Virus record (IMG/VR): IMGVR_UViG_3300048575_000405
Location: 1 to 39,537 of that record
Strand: one strand, 5' to 3'
Length of the DNA stretch: 39,537 bases
Origin: a virus
Lineage: Duplodnaviria > Caudoviricetes
The position numbers and the translations under genes were made by a program. Under the pieces are notes generated by a model, which saw only the letters and a program-made list of their open reading frames with translations, was not told the origin of the DNA and did no database searches. Shown one piece after another: positions 15,212 through 25,385 of the stretch; the first letter of the stretch is position 1, and every line of letters starts with the position of its first letter.

Positions 15212-17494
15212 TTAGCGTGGTCCGAAGCAAATGACGTCGACAGTGAACGCCGTTGCTGCGCTGATTGTTGAGCTACCAGATGTCATCTCCGGTGAAATAA
15301 TATTGAATCCGTTGACCGTTTGGGATGACACCTTCGGCACCGCAAATGTCGTTCCTGAAGCGCCGATGCTGGCCGGAACGCACTTCGGCTTAACAGACCC
15401 AAACGGCGCGCTAAACGTTACTGCGCATGTTCCGCTTGAAATATTTCCTACTGAAATCCAGCCGGTCGTCGAAAGATCGGATACGCTCGATGATGAGCTG
15501 CATGTGATAGTTGCGTATTCGGTTCTGGTCATACCGCTCGAATTGCTCGTTACATTGCCTGTAAGCACCAGGGCAGGCAGCGGCGAATCAATCGCAAAGA
15601 TTGTCCATTCGACTGCCGAACGAAGGCTCGCCGGATAAATATTTACAGTCGCCGTGCCGGTCGCCTTTGATTGAAGACTTACTGTTTTTGAGGCCGTTGA
15701 CGTTGCGTCTAAAATGCCGCAGAGGCGCATTGGAAATACCGAATCAACAGAGTTAGCAAGCGTCGAGTTGGATGCGCCGGACTCCATCAGCGTTGTCGTT
15801 CCATCCCATAAGCGAACGGAGGCATTGGCTGCCGCTGTGCTTGAGTAGATTTGCGTGCTCGCGCAGACATAGTATCGCCCAGCGCGGGCAGGTGTGAACG
15901 TGATACCGGGGAGTGCGCTTCCGCTTGTTGTGACCGTTCCGAAATTCCTGTTTGTCGATTCAACAAGAGCACATGATGCATCCGCGGCCGGATCGCCATA
16001 TGATGTATTCGTTCGAGCCCACGCGCACGTGCTGTCGTGATAGCCAGACCATGATATCGCTAACAAGGGTGGGCGAAACGCCGTCTCAACCGTGCCATAA
16101 TCTTCTTCGACGATGATGACGCCAGAGCCTCCGGCGCCACCGGCCGAGCCACTTGTTCCTGCGCTTCCTGCGTTACCCGCTGCGCCGACCGCATATGAGT
16201 ACGTCGTCGACGGGTTTGAGATTATGAAATCAAGGTACGCGCCTGCGCCGCCGCCTGACCCAGTCGCAGCCGTTGCGGCCCCGCCGCCCCCGCCTCCTCC
16301 GCCGCCAGTGTTTGCTTTTCCTGCTCCACCCGCTCCGATTGCACCTCTTCCTGCACCACCTAGTGCCGAAGACCCGCCGCTCGAGCCAGACATTTGCGAC
16401 ATTGAGCCGTTGTAAAAGTCGGCAAAGCCCTCGCCGCCATTCACGCCGATTCCAAGCCCTACGCTGAGTGTGGCCGTGCCGCCGCCGCCGGCTGCTCCTG
16501 AGCTTCCGTTATACGCCGTTGCGCCGCCGCCCCCGCCAGCAGTGTTCGTTCCGAAAGTCGTGTCGCCGCCGTTTCCGCCGTTTCCGCCGCTTGCTGATGT
16601 ACCAGAGCCCGCGCCACCACCGCCACCGCCAACCATTCTCACGCGAATCTTACGAACGCCGTTCGGTGTTGTGTACGTGCCGGAGCCAGACAGGAATTTT
16701 TGAACCGTCGTCGCAACGAATTGAATGCCGTTCGTCAAATTCCGATTCAGCCCCAAATACCCGGCATCAATTTTCACAGTCGCAGTAGTGCTTGAAACCG
16801 TCTTCGCATAAACAGATACGGTTTGACCGGACACTGTCACAGACGTCGGAGAGTACGGGAGCCAGATGTTTTTATCGCTCACAGTCAGGCACTGTTGCTC
16901 GACAGAGTTAACAGATGAGCAGACCTGTATTTTGTCTGACGACGTTTTTACCCATAGCGTGTTTTCGAAATTGAGACCGGTCGCAGTCGCCGTTTTCGAT
17001 TGCGAGACGATGACGCCGTTTACTGAGCTGAGCGAGCATGAGAGTGACTGAGCGCCGCCGTCGTCGATGTGGTCGCCAGTGTCAGCGGTGCATGTGCCGT
17101 TTGAGACTGTCCAGCCGTTGGTTGCGGAGGCATCGTCGAATGATCCGTTTGTTAGAAGGTTCGTTGATGAGCCTGCGCCTGAGCCGACTTCAACCCACGA
17201 CGTACCATTATAGACGTTCAATTTATTTGACGTCGTGTTGTAGACCTGAAGGCCCGTCGCCGGCGATGAGATCGCATCTCGCTGAGTCTGCGTCATGCGC
17301 GGCGGGAGCATGCCTTTCGTCGTCGATGTGACATCGAGCACAGCCGAAGCATCGGGCGCGGTTTTCTTTCCGATTGCCACGGGGCCGTTTGAAATTCGTC
17401 CGTCATCGCGCGCGGGCGCTGCGGCTCCGATTGCAATCGAGTTCAAAACGAAAGTAAGAAGAACGAAAAGCGAAATCTGTTTTCTCATAATCAT
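15212..17494 (-). CDS. Mosaic glycine-rich tail fibre / adhesin-like protein
   Basis: SAVLDVTSTTKGMLPPRMT...ATGLQVYNTT module, NLLTNGSFD CBM-like module, SGTYTTP...VGGGGGG Gly-rich domain; signal-like N-terminus; ATGA overlap. Confidence 0.8.
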   Translation of the reverse strand: MIMRKQISLFVLLTFVLNSIAIGAAAPARDDGRISNGPVAIGKKTAPDASAVLDVTSTTKGMLPPRMTQTQRDAISSPATGLQVYNTTSNKLNVYNGTSWVEVGSGAGSSTNLLTNGSFDDASATNGWTVSNGTCTADTGDHIDDGGAQSLSCSLSSVNGVIVSQSKTATATGLNFENTLWVKTSSDKIQVCSSVNSVEQQCLTVSDKNIWLPYSPTSVTVSGQTVSVYAKTVSSTTATVKIDAGYLGLNRNLTNGIQFVATTVQKFLSGSGTYTTPNGVRKIRVRMVGGGGGGAGSGTSASGGNGGNGGDTTFGTNTAGGGGGATAYNGSSGAAGGGGTATLSVGLGIGVNGGEGFADFYNGSMSQMSGSSGGSSALGGAGRGAIGAGGAGKANTGGGGGGGGGAATAATGSGGGAGAYLDFIISNPSTTYSYAVGAAGNAGSAGTSGSAGGAGGSGVIIVEEDYGTVETAFRPPLLAISWSGYHDSTCAWARTNTSYGDPAADASCALVESTNRNFGTVTTSGSALPGITFTPARAGRYYVCASTQIYSSTAAANASVRLWDGTTTLMESGASNSTLANSVDSVFPMRLCGILDATSTASKTVSLQSKATGTATVNIYPASLRSAVEWTIFAIDSPLPALVLTGNVTSNSSGMTRTEYATITCSSSSSVSDLSTTGWISVGNISSGTCAVTFSAPFGSVKPKCVPASIGASGTTFAVPKVSSQTVNGFNIISPEMTSGSSTISAATAFTVDVICFGPR

Positions 17495-17946
17495 CCTTGC
17501 GTCCTGACCATCCATCCCATTTTCGAATTGGTTGTGTCGTATGTTCCGGCCATCGTGTCCGTCGTGTAAATCACTTGGCCCGTGGCTGCGTTGATATCAA
17601 AGTCAATGCCGGCGTTACCTGCGTAGTAAACACGCGAGATTTGCCATGTGGTTCCGTCCCACCACGCGACCAAAGTGCCGACTTCCATCACTGTCGCCGT
17701 TGCGATTCGTTTCACCCAGTAGTCGACGATGTGCTTTTTGTAAGCCGACGATGGCACGAGGCCCGTGATGTTGGCACCGCTTTGAGTGTTGCCAATCGCT
17801 GCGGTTTGTTCCGCTGTGCTTCCGCCGGCGCCGATGAGGGCGGTGAGCTTATTCTCAAGAGCAACGCCCATGGTGCGGATCGTATTAAACCAACCGCATG
17901 GTATTATCTTTCCGTTTGCACGAATTGGTATGTCCGAAAAAGCCAA
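17491..17946 (-). CDS. Tail-tip/fibre-associated protein
   Basis: 151 aa, beta-rich, between two fibre genes. Confidence 0.7.
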   Translation of the reverse strand: MAFSDIPIRANGKIIPCGWFNTIRTMGVALENKLTALIGAGGSTAEQTAAIGNTQSGANITGLVPSSAYKKHIVDYWVKRIATATVMEVGTLVAWWDGTTWQISRVYYAGNAGIDFDINAATGQVIYTTDTMAGTYDTTNSKMGWMVRTQG

Positions 17947-17956
17947 GCGTGCCCCC

Positions 17957-19102
17957 TTACGGCGCTACCCAGTAGACTTCAATGAAACCACCGCCACCGC
18001 TTCCGCCCGCGCCGCCGGAGTTCGTGTTGTCATCACCACCGCCGCCGCCGCCCGCGCCGGCGCAATATATGCCACTCGCGCCGTTTGATCCGCTTGTGCC
18101 GCCGCCGCCAGCGCCACCAAAGCCGCCAACACCAAGGCCCGCTCCACCACCACCGCCGCCGCCTCCGGCAGTTGCGCCGCCGCCAGTCCCGCCCGTGCCT
18201 GCGCCCGAGTAATTTGATGCCGCACCATTGCCGCCGTTGTTTCCGGCAGCGTGATAGTTTCCGCCAGCGCCGCCGCTTGTGAAAAAGCCAATCCCTGTCC
18301 CGGTCGTGCCGCCGCTTCCGCCAGCGCCATTCATCACGCCACCGACGCCGCCATTGCCGCCAAAGAACCGAAGCCCAGACCCAAATGTTGTTGTGCCGCC
18401 AGCGCCACCGCTTCCGCCCGCGCCGCCGCCACCGTACACGCCAGCCGCTCCCGCGCTCCCGCCGGCGCCGATCGTGACCGTGTAGCCACCGCCAGATGTA
18501 ACCGGCAAAGTAACTACAAATGGATTGGCCCCAACACCACCACCGCCGCCACCTCCGGCAGCGCCGTTCGATGCGCCGCCGCCACCGCCACCGCCACCAC
18601 CACCGCAACCTACGATGATGACGTTTGAAACATTCGCGGGTACGGTGAAGGTGCCGCTTGAAGTGAAGACCTGGCTTCGCAGTTGAAAGCGGGCATTGGC
18701 GTTTAGCTTCGAATAAGTGATTACGCCATCAGCAAGCGACGAAAGATCAAGACCTGAGCTTGTGATGGTGGCTCTGGTCACGCCGCCTGTCTTGAAGACA
18801 ATGCTGCCGGCAGAGTCATCGATTGAAATCTGCGACGCCGACGCGCCAAAGTAGAGGGCGTTCCATGGATAAGTCGACGTGCCAAGATTCCCGCCCTCCG
18901 CCGTCGCGATGCCGGATGAATTCCTGGGCACAAGATCGACCTTAAGTGCTCCGGTGATTTTGTTGAAATCCGAGGCGAAGATCTTCGTGCCAGACACTGC
19001 ATCACTGACGCTTCCAGTTCCACCAAGCGCAAAGCTTGCCGCTGCAACAACGGCAGGAACTAGCGAAATCGCCCAGATTTTAAGAAGCTTAAAGCGATTC
19101 AT
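17957..19102 (-). CDS. Glycine-rich fibre-like protein
   Basis: FTSSGTFTVPANV...GCGGGGGG...GGGGFIEVYW domain; signal-like N-terminus. Confidence 0.8.
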   Translation of the reverse strand: MNRFKLLKIWAISLVPAVVAAASFALGGTGSVSDAVSGTKIFASDFNKITGALKVDLVPRNSSGIATAEGGNLGTSTYPWNALYFGASASQISIDDSAGSIVFKTGGVTRATITSSGLDLSSLADGVITYSKLNANARFQLRSQVFTSSGTFTVPANVSNVIIVGCGGGGGGGGGGASNGAAGGGGGGGVGANPFVVTLPVTSGGGYTVTIGAGGSAGAAGVYGGGGAGGSGGAGGTTTFGSGLRFFGGNGGVGGVMNGAGGSGGTTGTGIGFFTSGGAGGNYHAAGNNGGNGAASNYSGAGTGGTGGGATAGGGGGGGGAGLGVGGFGGAGGGGTSGSNGASGIYCAGAGGGGGGDDNTNSGGAGGSGGGGFIEVYWVAP

Positions 19103-20325
19103 CAGCCAACCTCTCTTAAATAGAAAACCATTTCGTGATTTGTGGGATCGATGTCCCGCGAGAGTATCTTGAATCGCGCGCTCGCCTCGATCGCGATCGG
19201 CAAGATTTCATATGGAAACCTCGCCTCATCCCATGTTGCGAGATCCCAGAATGGTATCTCGGCTGTGTCATTGATTGCGACGTTCGGATAGTCGACGGCG
19301 ACCTTGTCGAGTACGTTTAGAGAAATCGTGTCGTAGTCGATTGGTGCTCTGATAACGAGCTCGCGCCGCGGCTCTGCGAATTCAGTTTTGAGTGAATCCA
19401 AAATCGCCTGGCGCATGACATCGTTCGTAATAAGATCAGTCGAAAGCTCTTTCTTCCTAACTCCATGGGCGCCCACAGAGCTAACGTTTTGCGATACGAG
19501 CGATGTATCAGCCCACGTCCAAAAGTTGAATAGGCGATTAAGGCCACTGCGAAAATCAGAGAGGTCATGAATATTCTCAATACCTAAAATGGCTCCCTGT
19601 CCATAGAACGTGTGCTTGAGTTCTGCGCTCTCTGCGCGTGGCGAGACAATGACGCCGTCGCTTAAGATGTAAAGAACGGAGTTCGCGAGAGGGAGTATTT
19701 CAGCCAGGGCCTCGCGCACTGTTTTGTTTTCAAGCGACGACACATCGTCAACGACCGCGTTGACGCCGCAATTAATGTCACTCGGATCGATCGCGAGAAT
19801 GTCCGTGATTTCTGGTTGGTCGAGGACGGCAAGCAGAATGTCTTCAAGCGTGTCGCCGTTTGCGATCGAGCCAAACGGCACAAGCGCCTCGCCAAAGATC
19901 GACTCTTTGCCAAGCACTTTGAACTTAAGATTTTGATCTTCCGCCTCTTGCTTGAGTGCTGCGTCATCCAAAAGGCCCGTGAATGCCTCAACCTCTTCGC
20001 TTAGAGCGACATTGCCGCACACGGCGAAGCCGCAGACCACGTCATAATCCATGATCTCCCAGGTGATTCGCACTAGGGAGTTTGATCGACGGTATTTAAA
20101 AATGGAGCCTGGTTGCCCTACGTCCGAGTATCGTCCGCTGATGTTTGCAAGGGTAATCTGGACGCCGCTGTTTTTAAAAATGCCGATGTTGTACTCGTTG
20201 TTATCGAGCGACTGCTTTGAAACACCCATGCCCGCCATATCGACGTCATTGGACACATCAATCCAATCGTCCTGATGGATTCCCTCGTCGGTGAATGGTT
20301 TGAGATAAACTCTAAACCGACCCAC
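19102..20325 (-). CDS. Tail-tip hub-like protein
   Basis: About 407 aa from GTG overlapping the upstream TAG; second gene after the tape measure. Confidence 0.65.
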   Translation of the reverse strand: MGRFRVYLKPFTDEGIHQDDWIDVSNDVDMAGMGVSKQSLDNNEYNIGIFKNSGVQITLANISGRYSDVGQPGSIFKYRRSNSLVRITWEIMDYDVVCGFAVCGNVALSEEVEAFTGLLDDAALKQEAEDQNLKFKVLGKESIFGEALVPFGSIANGDTLEDILLAVLDQPEITDILAIDPSDINCGVNAVVDDVSSLENKTVREALAEILPLANSVLYILSDGVIVSPRAESAELKHTFYGQGAILGIENIHDLSDFRSGLNRLFNFWTWADTSLVSQNVSSVGAHGVRKKELSTDLITNDVMRQAILDSLKTEFAEPRRELVIRAPIDYDTISLNVLDKVAVDYPNVAINDTAEIPFWDLATWDEARFPYEILPIAIEASARFKILSRDIDPTNHEMVFYLREVG

Positions 20326-21137
20326 TATCGCCTGCTTTCTACGAGTGTAATCTCGCAATCCAGGCCATTCGCGAAGCGACCGCCGGTCCATTCGGTATCA
20401 AGATCGTTTGCGCAAGCCATCAGATAGATGTCTTTTTTTCTGAAGCCCTGAACCGCGGTGAAATGATCAGCCGTGCTACCACCGCAGAGCCAAACAAGAA
20501 AGCCGTCAAATGAATCGAACATTGATTCAATCAACGCCCAATCGTCCACCGACTTTATGCTAGGAAATACAAGCGCGCATGAGAACGCGCCAAGCGAGCG
20601 CGTGACAGTCGACCGACCGGACAGCATTTTTCGAACCTTTCGGCCCCGCTCTTGCTTTGGCTTTTTCACAAATGGCTGCGCCTGAAACTGCCCCTTCCGG
20701 CGTGTGATTATGAGCTGAGCAAGAAGCTTGTCTTGATCCGCAGTCATCGTGCCGGTGATCACGAGCTTCACTTTTGACGTATTGATAGATGCGAAATTGT
20801 GATACGTCGTCGTATCGGTGTTCGCGGCCATATTGATCGGCGTCGGGAATGCTTGAAAGGCCGCGCCATCCCAATAGCTCATCGTGTACGACTTGAAGTT
20901 GTGGTCAACGAGCAGAATGTCGGTAATCTCATGCTCGTCGACCATGTCTATCTCGAGCGTTGTATTGCCTGCGTCCGACGAGCCGCCAGTGCCCCAGCCA
21001 GAATCATTTCGCCTATTTCTCAATTGGTCGACAAAGTTCTGGCCAGCGTCCACGCCGACTGTCGCATCGGTTGCCGATATGACGACATTCTCGTTATCTA
21101 AATCAATCTTGTTTTTTTCGAAAATTAGTGGGCCCAT
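20325..21137 (-). CDS. Distal-tail-like structural protein
   Basis: First gene after the tape measure; beta-rich, discoidin-like N-half. Confidence 0.65.
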   Translation of the reverse strand: MGPLIFEKNKIDLDNENVVISATDATVGVDAGQNFVDQLRNRRNDSGWGTGGSSDAGNTTLEIDMVDEHEITDILLVDHNFKSYTMSYWDGAAFQAFPTPINMAANTDTTTYHNFASINTSKVKLVITGTMTADQDKLLAQLIITRRKGQFQAQPFVKKPKQERGRKVRKMLSGRSTVTRSLGAFSCALVFPSIKSVDDWALIESMFDSFDGFLVWLCGGSTADHFTAVQGFRKKDIYLMACANDLDTEWTGGRFANGLDCEITLVESRR

Positions 21138-23182
21138 TAGGCAGCCCCCAACGACAGGCCAAGCCGGCCACGTTCAATAATTTTCGACTCAACGACTTCG
21201 ATAAACCCGTCAAGGTTGGCGAATTCAAAGACGTGTTTAATCGTCATCTCGCCGCTCTGATCAGAGCTCTGAGATAAAAACCGCTTGAGGTCCCGGTTTG
21301 TCTCGCGCGGCACAACCCTTTCGCCAGGCGCGAGGATGGCCGGGAAGTTATCTTCGAATCCAACGCCAGGAACTTCATCAATACCCCGTCGCAGCCCCTT
21401 AATTCCGGTTGCAACGATGGCCGCCGTATTGATTGCTCCTGCGGTTTCAGCCAGCCCAGCAAGAGCGATATTTGGAGCGGGAGGAACGGCCAATGCCTGA
21501 GCGGCGGCAAGTTTTGTTGCGACAATCGACTGCGCAATTGCGGCCGCCTTTTGAGCTATGAAGGCCGCTCTTGAGCCACTGTCTGTAATGGCAGTGATGA
21601 GGTTGGCTGTGGCTGATGCGATATTCGCCTTTGCTTGTTGTGTTTTTACCTCAAGGTCCAGCTCCTCTTTTCGTCGCTTCTCTGCTTCGGCCTTTGCTTT
21701 ATCATCCCTGGCCTTCTTATCTGCCGCGAACTTCTCATCAAGAGCCTGAATGGCTGTCTTATGCTCCTGCTCCGTAAGAAGTTCGTTCTCACGCGCGGCT
21801 GCGAGCATTTCTAGCTCAGTATCGTACTGCTCCTGAAGCAGTTCGTTCCGCACCTCATTGTCGCCCTCCATGGCGAGGATGAGTTCTTCGGCGTGCTTGC
21901 GGCCCTCCTCAGCGAGCTTCGCTTGTTGCTCGGCAACCATGCCCGCCTTGATCTTGTCATCTTTGGATTGACCATCGGACGACTGGTCGGACGCTTTCGC
22001 GGCGGCCTTACTCTCGGCGGCATCAATCTGAGATCGGATGTCAGCGAATTCTCTCTTGGCCTGCTCAAGGCCTCTAGTCGCGCTTCCGATCGCGAGCATC
22101 AAAGAACCTTTTTCCCATGGAGACGCCCCGTCCATCCTAGATTTTAGGTTCGCCAGCTCGGCGGAAAAGTCAGAGATTCCACCTTGAGCCTTGCGAAGCT
22201 TCACCCGCAAATCGTCAGCGCCTGGCCCGAAATGATCACTGATTGCCAATGCGGCACCCTCGGCCGCTTCGGTCAGGTAATTCAACACTGATGAGAAGAA
22301 TCCTGAGTTGCGAGCCGCATCGGCTACGTTGTCGCCAATATTGCCCATCGCAACGCCAAGGCGATGCAGGGACTCGGTTGCCTCAATTGACTTCTCATCG
22401 ACATTCTTGAGCTTGTCGGCCCCCTGCTCGAGAGCCGCATTCATAAGCGCTTGCTTGCGACCAGCCTCATTCAGTTTCTCTCCGGTCATTCCGATGCTGG
22501 CGGCATATTTTCTTTCGGCCTCTTCTGTATCAATAACAATACCAAACTGCTTAAGTAGCCGAGTGTTGCCCGTCGCGATCGCATCATTGAATGCCTCGAA
22601 GTTGGCTACAAGATCACCCCCGAATAGTGCTGTCGCTTTTCGTGCGAGCTCCATCGTTTGAGGAATAACGCTTGCGTTCTCTCCGAGTTGGACAATCGCT
22701 CGGTTTGCGGACCGAAGAATTTCGTCATCATCGGCCAGTCCACCGGAGGCCTCCATGAGCCCCTCTCTCAGCGCATCGCTCGCAATACCGGCCGAGGCGG
22801 CGAGGGCCTCGAAGGAATTACTAATCTGCTCGTTGCGCTCAGCATTGAGGGTAAGCTCAAGCCAGCCCTTCAGAGCCGCCGCTGCGGCGGCAGCGGCACC
22901 GAATGCCATAACCAATGGACCACTCAGAACATCAGAAAGAACACCAACCGCTGCCGAGCCTCGGCCGCCAAGCTCCGACTCGATTGTTTGTCCAAGTCGA
23001 GAGAACGAGCCGCCAAGACGATCCGTTTCCTTGTCGGCCTTGCCGACCATCTGCGCGAGGGAGTCTGTCGCTCCCTTTGTTGCGCTTTCAGTGGCCTTCG
23101 TTGCCTCGTTCAAAGACGAAATGAGCTTTTTGTTTTCGCCGGATATTGTGACGACGAGTTCTTCAAGCTCAACCTTTGCCAT
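21137..23182 (-). CDS. Tape measure protein
   Basis: ELEELVVTISGE start, Ala-rich helical body, PAILAPGERVVP C-terminal motif. Confidence 0.9.
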   Translation of the reverse strand: MAKVELEELVVTISGENKKLISSLNEATKATESATKGATDSLAQMVGKADKETDRLGGSFSRLGQTIESELGGRGSAAVGVLSDVLSGPLVMAFGAAAAAAAALKGWLELTLNAERNEQISNSFEALAASAGIASDALREGLMEASGGLADDDEILRSANRAIVQLGENASVIPQTMELARKATALFGGDLVANFEAFNDAIATGNTRLLKQFGIVIDTEEAERKYAASIGMTGEKLNEAGRKQALMNAALEQGADKLKNVDEKSIEATESLHRLGVAMGNIGDNVADAARNSGFFSSVLNYLTEAAEGAALAISDHFGPGADDLRVKLRKAQGGISDFSAELANLKSRMDGASPWEKGSLMLAIGSATRGLEQAKREFADIRSQIDAAESKAAAKASDQSSDGQSKDDKIKAGMVAEQQAKLAEEGRKHAEELILAMEGDNEVRNELLQEQYDTELEMLAAARENELLTEQEHKTAIQALDEKFAADKKARDDKAKAEAEKRRKEELDLEVKTQQAKANIASATANLITAITDSGSRAAFIAQKAAAIAQSIVATKLAAAQALAVPPAPNIALAGLAETAGAINTAAIVATGIKGLRRGIDEVPGVGFEDNFPAILAPGERVVPRETNRDLKRFLSQSSDQSGEMTIKHVFEFANLDGFIEVVESKIIERGRLGLSLGAA

Positions 23183-23417
23183 CTTTGAACCTCTCCATTA
23201 GCTCCCTGAGACGAGACTGGGTCATTGGAGCGTTATCGCTTGGGCGCCCAAAGAATCCTTCATAAAGAGCCCAGAACTCACACGGCGTAGCGCTCCAAAA
23301 CTCACACCGATCCTGACGCATACGGCACACCCAAATCTTCAGATAATCGCGATACGGCGTAGACGCGTCCGGATCTACCCATTCAGTTCCAGGTCTACCG
23401 TCGTATTCTTTTTTTTT
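23169..23417 (-). CDS. -1 frameshift extension of the tail assembly chaperone (gpGT-like; full product 23767-23169)
   Basis: A9G slippery run at 23408-23417; -1 frame reads ...EFWSATPCEFWAL...PMTQSRLRELMERFKDGKG*. Confidence 0.85.
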   Translation of the reverse strand, partial: KKKEYDGRPGTEWVDPDASTPYRDYLKIWVCRMRQDRCEFWSATPCEFWALYEGFFGRPSDNAPMTQSRLRELMERFKDGKG

Positions 23418-23767
23418 ACCTCTTTCGGGAGCACGATATCGTCAATCGGGCGACCAGCGTACGCGGCACCGACGTACTTTCCGCACATCATGAACAGCCG
23501 CGGATAACCGTGCGCTACAATCAACTGACCAAGCTCCTCGTAGGTTGGAGGATTTGGGTTGCGCTCCGGAGCTCCTGCTATTCCTCCCCACGTAATCGCC
23601 ACCACATCGTTCAGGCTTTGATCGCCACGAAGGAATTTATTTACAAGACGCGCGAGCGTATGACCCGCCCGCTGCTCCATCTCAACTAGACCCTGGAAGC
23701 TTGGCCGAAGAACGAAAGTTCGATCCCCGATCCTTAGCTCGATCTCGCCAAGAACTCCGTTCACCAT
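23375..23767 (-). CDS. Tail assembly chaperone (gpG / GTA-gp10-like)
   Basis: GEIELRIGDRTFVLRPSFQGLVEMEQ; between the tail tube and tape measure genes. Confidence 0.85.
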   Translation of the reverse strand: MVNGVLGEIELRIGDRTFVLRPSFQGLVEMEQRAGHTLARLVNKFLRGDQSLNDVVAITWGGIAGAPERNPNPPTYEELGQLIVAHGYPRLFMMCGKYVGAAYAGRPIDDIVLPKEVKKKNTTVDLELNG

Positions 23768-23793
23768 GCCGTGATCCCTCCTTCAAATAACTA

Positions 23794-24216
23794 TTAGGGC
23801 TCTGAGCCATCGTCGAACGTAACCTCACCAGACGAAGCCAAGCTCAGCGACCATGTCTGTTCGCCGTTGTACTCGCCGGCAAGTTCACAGCTCGTGATCT
23901 TGAACTTGCCTTCGAAAGTGATGTCAGCATCTGCGTCGATAATCTGGTAGTTGCGCTGCTTTCCAGAGATCACGTCCTTCATCGCTTGCTTCATCGCGGC
24001 ATCATTGGCAAATACGCCACCACCAGAGATTGCCATCGAGCGAATGCCCGCCTCGTCCAGTGATTCCTTCCACTGGTTTGAGCCGTGGTTTGTGATGTCC
24101 ACCTCTTCATTGTTGATGCTCAGTGACTTCGAACGAAGGCCGCCGATTGTGACGAATGTTCCAGGAGTTGATGACTCAACTTTGAGCAACAGGTCTTTTC
24201 CGCCTCTTCCTGACAT
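23794..24216 (-). CDS. Major tail tube protein (TP901-1/GTA-like)
   Basis: GKDLLLKV..FVTIGGLRSKSLSINNEEVDIT...AGEYNGE.TWSLSLASSG. Confidence 0.92.
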   Translation of the reverse strand: MSGRGGKDLLLKVESSTPGTFVTIGGLRSKSLSINNEEVDITNHGSNQWKESLDEAGIRSMAISGGGVFANDAAMKQAMKDVISGKQRNYQIIDADADITFEGKFKITSCELAGEYNGEQTWSLSLASSGEVTFDDGSEP

Positions 24217-24217
24217 C

Positions 24218-24622
24218 TTAATTTCCTCCAACTAAAAGTTTGAACCGTTGAACTCCGTGATACGTTTGGCCGTCGGGATCTTTTATCGTCTCGCCGAACT
24301 CAAAGCGCAGCACGACCAAAGAGAAGCCATCGATCGCAATCGAGCCGTTGTGCAAGATGCGATAAATCTCCCCCATGATCTCCTTGCATTTCTTTCGACC
24401 GCCACCTCGTGCCCATGTGTGAATCGTAACGATGGCGTTTGCACCGTCAAACGTGTGCGATCCCCAGTCACTGAGTGTGTTCTCGCCGATCGTGACATAT
24501 GGAAAGGCTGTCTTCTCCGGGACCTGATCGAAAACCCCAGTCGCCATGGATGTGAGCTGAGCATCGCCAGACAGCGCGTCGAATATTGCCGCTTGAATTG
24601 GAAGGTCTGGACTAATAGCCAT
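24218..24622 (-). CDS. Tail terminator (DUF3168-like)
   Basis: QAAIFDAL..VFDQVP..FPYVTIGE...DPDG.TYHGV.RF. Confidence 0.88.
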   Translation of the reverse strand: MAISPDLPIQAAIFDALSGDAQLTSMATGVFDQVPEKTAFPYVTIGENTLSDWGSHTFDGANAIVTIHTWARGGGRKKCKEIMGEIYRILHNGSIAIDGFSLVVLRFEFGETIKDPDGQTYHGVQRFKLLVGGN

Positions 24623-25065
24623 TAACCAACCTTCTGGCCTTTCTTACGACCGCCTCTGAAAATTGCCTTCAATTGCTTCTTGGTAATCTCAAGCGCAGGT
24701 CCAAGCCATGGTCTTGCTTCCATGAGCTTCGTTCCGAATTCCAGCCACTTGAGATATTTGAGATTGGATCCGACAACTCCGCTGAATCCATCTTCGGTGA
24801 TTTCCCAACCAATATTTTTGATCGCGGTTCCCGTATCAGTATTCGGGGCTTCACCAGGCTTTGCGGCCACGACCTCACGCTTTGGCTTATATCGAGTCTG
24901 GGGTGTTCCAGGGGACTTGTTGCGAATCTGCTTTACCGCTTCGTTATGCAAGACCAGCGTGGCTGTTTTCACGTGCGCCCGATACGCATCCTCGTATTCC
25001 GATTGAACCTTCGAGATTGCCTTTGCGACTTCTTTGCTTCCGATGATTGCGGTCTTTACTCTCAT
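24622..25065 (-). CDS. HK97 gp10-like neck protein
   Basis: PGEAPNTDTG...YLKWLEFGTKLMEARPWLGPA. Confidence 0.88.
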   Translation of the reverse strand: MRVKTAIIGSKEVAKAISKVQSEYEDAYRAHVKTATLVLHNEAVKQIRNKSPGTPQTRYKPKREVVAAKPGEAPNTDTGTAIKNIGWEITEDGFSGVVGSNLKYLKWLEFGTKLMEARPWLGPALEITKKQLKAIFRGGRKKGQKVG

Positions 25066-25385
25066 GACCCCGAGACCTCCTCGCAAGAAAGCTCAAGCCA
25101 TTGATTGCGCTCCTCGACATTCACGATACCGAGAATCTTCAGGGTCCGGCCGCCATGCATGATGCGCATCTCAGGGTCGATGCCAAAGCGAAATCGCAAC
25201 TTCACCAAATGAGTAATGCTCGACTCGATCTTCTCGGCAAAGAACCGCTCACGCGCGCGCAGGGGTTTCACCTCCGCCCATACCGTCGCGAATGTTTGCC
25301 ATGTCTCAGAGAAGCCACCAACGCCGTCTGGCGCCTGAGCCTTCTCTTCGATCGTGATGCGATGGCGAAGCCGACCAGCGCTCAT
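25062..25385 (-). CDS. Head-tail joining (head closure) protein
   Basis: GRLRHRITI...DG.GG..ETW..FATVWAEV.P. Confidence 0.9.
   Translation of the reverse strand: MSAGRLRHRITIEEKAQAPDGVGGFSETWQTFATVWAEVKPLRARERFFAEKIESSITHLVKLRFRFGIDPEMRIMHGGRTLKILGIVNVEERNQWLELSCEEVSGS

Noticed and set aside
16130-18610. (CCG)n-like repeats and Pro-rich or Arg/Trp-rich ORFs
   Set aside because: Explained by poly-Gly codons of the fibre genes read in other frames.
15212-19102. Diversity-generating retroelement targeting the fibres
   Set aside because: No reverse transcriptase and no adenine-specific TR/VR repeat pair seen.
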